Shown here: positions 59,614-64,000 of the stretch, in pieces | Numbering within the stretch: the stretch's first letter is position 1 | Layout of the letters: each line of letters starts with the position of its first letter | Translations under genes and position numbers: made by a program | Assembly (NCBI GenBank): GCA_963827275.1 | Contig: CAWHAA010000008.1 | Span: 352,001-416,000, forward strand | Length of the DNA: 64,000 nt | Direction of reading: 5' to 3' | Origin: an uncultured Spirochaetota bacterium | Lineage (GTDB): Bacteria > Spirochaetota > UBA4802 > UBA5550 | The notes under the pieces: model-generated | The model's database searches: none | What the model was told of the DNA's origin: nothing | Seen by the model: the letters and a program-made list of their open reading frames with translations, nothing else

Positions 59614-61284
59614 ATGAGAAAGCTATATGTATGTATTGTTGCCGGTATGCTCATGCTGCAGGCCGGCTGCTATAATGTGTTTACGAAGGACGGGGAGAAA
59701 AATGCCGCGCAGGAAACGGCAACCGTGCTCCTGGCAGCCGGCGGGTTGACGGCCGTCGCGCCGCAGGTGTCGGTTGCCGGCGCGAGGGACAACTGGGTGA
59801 TCAAAAGCGGTTTTCTTACCGGCACCGCCACGGGCGGCCCGGCGGTTGCCGCGGTCCAGGTTTCGCTTAACGGGGGGCCGTACGAGGCAGCGGAGGGCAC
59901 GGCGGAATGGCGCTACCGTCTGCCGGTCGGGGCACCGGTAGGCGCCATAGGTGTCCGCGCGGTAAATGCGGATTCTGAAACTGTCGCCGAAGCGGCCCAT
60001 GCCGCGCGCAGGGGCGTCAACTGCGATGTCAACGGCGACGGGTACCAGGACATGGCCGTGGGCGCGCCCGGCTATAACGGCAAGCAGGGCCGCGTGTATG
60101 TGTATCACGGGGGACCGTCCGGGATCGGGACCTCTCCTTCGAAGGTCCTTACGGGAGCAAACGTTTCAGATTATTTCGGGGTATCGCTGGCGCTGGGCGA
60201 CGTCAACGGCGACGGCTATGCCGATTGCGTTGTCGGGGCAAGCGGCTGTAATTCAAAAACCGGCCGCTTTTATATATATTTCGGGAGCGCTGATGGGATC
60301 GATTCTATAAATTCGCCGGCGTCGCAGTACCGGGACGGTGACGCTGCGGCTGAAAGCTTCGGCGGACCGATGGCCCTCGGCGACGTTAACGGCGACGGCT
60401 ACGAGGACGTGGCGCTGGGCGCTCCGCAGTACAGTACAAACTACGGCCGCGCCTACGTATATCACGGAAGCTCTTCGGGTATTGCGGCCTCTGCGGCGCG
60501 CGTCCTGACCGGAAGTTCCGGCAGCTCATTTGGCGGCAAGCTGGTCATCGGCGACACCAATGGCGACGGCTATGCGGACCTCGCGGTTGCCGCTCCGACC
60601 ACGGCGCGGGGCACGGTGTATGTGTATCATGGCGGCGCTTCCGGGATCGGCGCGGCCGCTTCGGTTTCCCTTGCCGGTGAAAATTCCGGTGACGCCTTCG
60701 GGTTTACCCTGACTATCGGCGACAGCAACGGCGACGGGTGTGCCGAGCTTGTTGCGGCCGCCCCATATTTCAGCAGCGCCTCCGGCCGCGTGTATATCTA
60801 CAGCGGGGGTCCTACCGGCATTGACAGCATTTCAGCGCCGGTGCACATCGATGCAGAGGGGGCGAGTAACTTTCTCGGGACCGCCATGACGATGGACGAT
60901 GTCAACGGTGACGGGTATTGCGACCTGGCGGTAGATGCCGCGGGGTATGATTCGATGGCGGGCCGGGTGTACGTGCACCACGGATCGGACACGGGATTGA
61001 CTGTGACCCCGTCACGGGTCCTGACCGGTGCGGCGGCCAATGCATGGTTCGGATACTCCGTTGCTCTGGGTGACATCAATGGCGACGGCTATGCCGATCT
61101 TGCGTCCGGCACGCCCACTCCTGACACGAATACGGGCTTTGTTGAAATATTTCACGGGAGTTCCGCTGGTATCGGTTCTTCCTCATCGCGGACCCTGACC
61201 GGAGCAGGGGAAAATTATTTCTTCGGATATTCGGTCTCTATGGGCAATATTGAAAGTGATGACTGGTGGGCTATTGCGTATTGA
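59614..61284 (+). CDS. FG-GAP / integrin-alpha beta-propeller lipoprotein
   Basis: Lipobox LQAG-C; seven DxNGDGxxD(/E) repeats with FG and GAP motifs; GGAGG RBS. Confidence 0.9.
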   Translation: MRKLYVCIVAGMLMLQAGCYNVFTKDGEKNAAQETATVLLAAGGLTAVAPQVSVAGARDNWVIKSGFLTGTATGGPAVAAVQVSLNGGPYEAAEGTAEWRYRLPVGAPVGAIGVRAVNADSETVAEAAHAARRGVNCDVNGDGYQDMAVGAPGYNGKQGRVYVYHGGPSGIGTSPSKVLTGANVSDYFGVSLALGDVNGDGYADCVVGASGCNSKTGRFYIYFGSADGIDSINSPASQYRDGDAAAESFGGPMALGDVNGDGYEDVALGAPQYSTNYGRAYVYHGSSSGIAASAARVLTGSSGSSFGGKLVIGDTNGDGYADLAVAAPTTARGTVYVYHGGASGIGAAASVSLAGENSGDAFGFTLTIGDSNGDGCAELVAAAPYFSSASGRVYIYSGGPTGIDSISAPVHIDAEGASNFLGTAMTMDDVNGDGYCDLAVDAAGYDSMAGRVYVHHGSDTGLTVTPSRVLTGAAANAWFGYSVALGDINGDGYADLASGTPTPDTNTGFVEIFHGSSAGIGSSSSRTLTGAGENYFFGYSVSMGNIESDDWWAIAY

Positions 61285-61484
61285 TTTATTCCGGGGACCG
61301 CTCAATTGATGTTCGTCAACCGGGGCCCCTCCTTTTCCAGCGGGAGGGGTCCTTCGTTTGATGCACGGCACTGGCGATGGCGTGAGGGAAATGGCGGACT
61401 GGAACGTACGGCTACGTCGCTTCGATGCCAGTTATAAGCATGTCATCTTCCCGGTCCGCCCCGTGCCGCAGGGAAGCGGACCGG

Positions 61485-63737
61485 CTACGCCTTCTCAAGG
61501 GGCGTGTACTTTTCCAGGAAGGTTTTGCTCGATCTGCCGAAGAGGATGGTGAGCTTCAGGTTGTCGCCCGAGCCCTCGATGCTCAGGACGCGGCCCACGC
61601 CGTATTTCGGGTGCAGCACGCTGTCCCTGACCCTGAATTTCGATTCGCCCGGGCCGACAGAGGGCGCATCGGCCGCCGGCACTTCTTCCGTCCCGGCAGC
61701 GGCGCTCTCTGCGATGTCATAATGCGATTCGTTGTAGATCTTTTTTTCAGGAAAAAAGCCGCGCCGCGCGTTCCCCTGCTGGTACCCGGTAGAGATAAAT
61801 TCCTTCGCCGTCACGAGCTCGGCCGGTATCTCGAAGATGAACCGCGACGGCTCCTTGTGGTAGATCTCGTTGAAGGTCCGGCGCAGTTCCGCGCAGGTGA
61901 TGTAGACGCGCTCCATCGCCCTCGTGATGCCCACGTAGCAGAGGCGCCGCTCCTCCTCGATCCCCTCCTCGGTGTCTGATGAGAGCTTGTGGGGAAAGAT
62001 GTCTTCCTCCATGCCGGTCAGAAACACCACAGGGAACTCCAGCCCCTTGGCGTTGTGGACCGTCATGAGGGTCACCTGGCTTGCGCGTGAGCCGGGGTCG
62101 TCATCCGGGTTTTCCTCGGTCGTGTAGAGCGATATGTCCTGCAAAAACTGGTCGAGGGTCGCCCCGGGGTCTGACTGCTCGTAGTCGTATACGCTGTTGA
62201 CGAACTCGCTGATGTTTTCCACGCGCGAGCGGGCCTCCACGCTGTCTTCCTCCTCCAGGCTCTTCACGTACCCGGACTCCTCTATGACCCTGTTGACGAA
62301 ACCGGAGAGCTTGTTTCCCGGGAGGGCGCGGGCCGCTTCCTGGCATTTCAGGATAACGTTCCTGAATTCCATGAGCCCCTTCGGGGGCTTGTCGCCGAGG
62401 AGCCCGTCGTGGATCACCGTCCATTCGGACACGCCGGCGTTGCGGGCGGCCTCGCGGACGCGGTCGAGCGCGACCCTGCCGATGCCGCGCGCGGGCGTGT
62501 TGATGATCCTGAGCATGGAGACCAGGTCGAGGGGGTTGGCGATGAATTTCAGATAGGCGAGGACGTCCTTGATCTCCTTGCGGTCGTAGAATTTCATGCC
62601 GCCGACGACGCGGTACGGGAGGTCCTCCTTCCTCAGGCGGTCCTCAAACACGCGGGACTGCGCGTTGGTGCGGTAGAAGATCGCGAAATCGCGTCCCGAG
62701 AGCCCCTCGCGGTGCTTCAGCGAGATGATGGTGTTCACCACGAACTCGGCCTCGCCGTATTCGTTGTTGGCGCGGCACCAGACCACCGGCTCCCCGTCGC
62801 CCTTGTGCGAGCGTATCTCCTTTATCTTGCGGTTCACGTTGTTCCGTATCACCGCGGAGGCGGCGTCAAGTATCGGCCGCGTGGAGCGGTAGTTCGTGTC
62901 CAGGGTGACAACCGCCGCGCCCGGGTAGTCCTTCTCGAAGTTCAGGATGTTGCGGATGTCCGCGCCGCGCCAGGAGTAGATCGACTGGTCATCGTCCCCG
63001 ACCACGCAGATGTTCTTCCCGGCCGCCGCGAGATGCTTTGCGATCAGGTATTGCGCGTAGTTGGTGTCCTGGTACTCGTCGATCATGAAATAGGTCCACT
63101 GCCGCTGCAGCTTTTCCAGGGCACCGGTCCCTGAGCGGAGGAGGTGGACGGTCTTGATCAGCAGATCGTTGAAGTCGAGCGCGTTGTTCGCCGCGAGGCG
63201 TTTGTGGTACTCGTCGTAGATCTCATGGAAATCGTATGAGAAGTTTTTCTGGAGGAGGAGTGCCGGGTCGGCGCCGTCGATCAGCTCGGCCCGGTCCTTC
63301 ACTTCGGATATTTTTGACGCGATCGATTCCGGCCTGATCTTTTTCGGGTCAAGCCGCATCTGCAGCAATATCTCCTTGATGAGCGACGCCTGGTCCGACG
63401 TGTCGTAGATGGAAAAGGACGACGGTATGCCGATCGCATCGCCGTACCTGCGGAGAATGTAGACGGAGGCGGCGTGAAAGGTCTTGATGAAAACGCTCGA
63501 CCCCTGGGGCCCGATGAGCTTCACGATCCGGTTTTTCATCTCCTCGGTCGCCTTGTTGGTGAAGGTGACGGCGAAGATCCCCGAGGGGGGCACGAGCTTT
63601 TCCCCGACCAGGCGGGCGATGCGGTGGGTGATGACCCTCGTCTTGCCCGACCCCGCCCCCGCCAGGATGAGGAGGGGCCCCCCGGTATGGAGTACCGCTT
63701 TTTTCTGGCTGTCGTTAAGGGAATCGAGGATGGACAT
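61485..63737 (-). CDS. pcrA: ATP-dependent DNA helicase PcrA/UvrD
   Basis: LAGAGSGKT, IDEYQDTN, VGDDDQSIY, YRTNAQSR, HNAKGLEF, EERRLCYVGITRA, C-terminal Tudor-like V.HPKYG.G. Confidence 0.93.
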   Translation of the reverse strand: MSILDSLNDSQKKAVLHTGGPLLILAGAGSGKTRVITHRIARLVGEKLVPPSGIFAVTFTNKATEEMKNRIVKLIGPQGSSVFIKTFHAASVYILRRYGDAIGIPSSFSIYDTSDQASLIKEILLQMRLDPKKIRPESIASKISEVKDRAELIDGADPALLLQKNFSYDFHEIYDEYHKRLAANNALDFNDLLIKTVHLLRSGTGALEKLQRQWTYFMIDEYQDTNYAQYLIAKHLAAAGKNICVVGDDDQSIYSWRGADIRNILNFEKDYPGAAVVTLDTNYRSTRPILDAASAVIRNNVNRKIKEIRSHKGDGEPVVWCRANNEYGEAEFVVNTIISLKHREGLSGRDFAIFYRTNAQSRVFEDRLRKEDLPYRVVGGMKFYDRKEIKDVLAYLKFIANPLDLVSMLRIINTPARGIGRVALDRVREAARNAGVSEWTVIHDGLLGDKPPKGLMEFRNVILKCQEAARALPGNKLSGFVNRVIEESGYVKSLEEEDSVEARSRVENISEFVNSVYDYEQSDPGATLDQFLQDISLYTTEENPDDDPGSRASQVTLMTVHNAKGLEFPVVFLTGMEEDIFPHKLSSDTEEGIEEERRLCYVGITRAMERVYITCAELRRTFNEIYHKEPSRFIFEIPAELVTAKEFISTGYQQGNARRGFFPEKKIYNESHYDIAESAAAGTEEVPAADAPSVGPGESKFRVRDSVLHPKYGVGRVLSIEGSGDNLKLTILFGRSSKTFLEKYTPLEKA

Positions 63738-64000
63738 TGCAGTTCCTTTGCCGGACGGAGGCCCGTATGGTCTAATTGCCCTACGATCCTTCTTCCCCCC
63801 CGTAGAGGCAAGAAGAAAAAACCGCCGCCGCGTTTTTTTATGGTATGCCCGCGCCGCGCCCGGCAGCGCGCCGGGAAAGGCGTAAAACCGGTAAAAGAAG
63901 CGGTTTTTATCGGCACATGGTAGTAACGTACGGCAAAGCAAATTAATAAAAAAATTTTGTTTACTGTTTGACAAAGTGTTCCGTCATTAATCTGGATGAG

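Noticed and set aside
60020..61100. Recurrent GACGTCAACGGCGACGG nucleotide repeats suggesting a CRISPR array or DGR
   Set aside because: They are in-frame codons for FG-GAP protein repeats; spacing is ~160-170 bp and there are no cas or RT genes

Overview
This is a 64-kb chromosomal stretch of a moderately GC-rich bacterium. It is most likely an anaerobic, Leptospirae-like spirochaete; this is inferred from a LigB/LigC-like lipoprotein, Leptospira-style beta-barrels and a class III ribonucleotide reductase. Contents in order: an IS1182-family transposase; an RluA pseudouridine synthase; an MCP; a TetR-linked fatty-acid operon (enoyl-CoA isomerase/hydratase, two FabK/nitronate-monooxygenase flavoproteins, a FadH-like reductase) divergent from an SCP2-like gene; a split class III RNR (large NrdD, a separate ~50-aa glycyl-radical ORF, NrdG) divergent from a CIWC glutaredoxin and a ferredoxin:disulfide reductase; clpB; an MBOAT+SGNH pair; thiolase; an OMP; AsmA; a radical SAM protein; tmRNA; HtrA; patatin; acyl-CoA synthetase+MerR; a DUF2207/Tim44/Zn-ribbon fusion; AcuC/HDAC; a metallophosphoesterase; PBP1A; carD, PIN/TRAM and a catalytically dead malic-enzyme homologue; two beta-barrels followed by a LigB-like giant lipoprotein; an MBL hydrolase; a 7-repeat FG-GAP lipoprotein; and pcrA/uvrD. 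Several conserved genes (fadH-like, nrdD/G, clpB, PBP1A, carD) carry clustered 1-bp frameshifts that look like long-read assembly errors. No CRISPR array, rRNA, tRNA or prophage was seen. The best leads are the split redoxin/FDR-coupled RNR locus, the pseudo-malic enzyme in the carD operon and the barrel-barrel-Lig surface module. All family assignments come from motif recognition by eye, not database searches.
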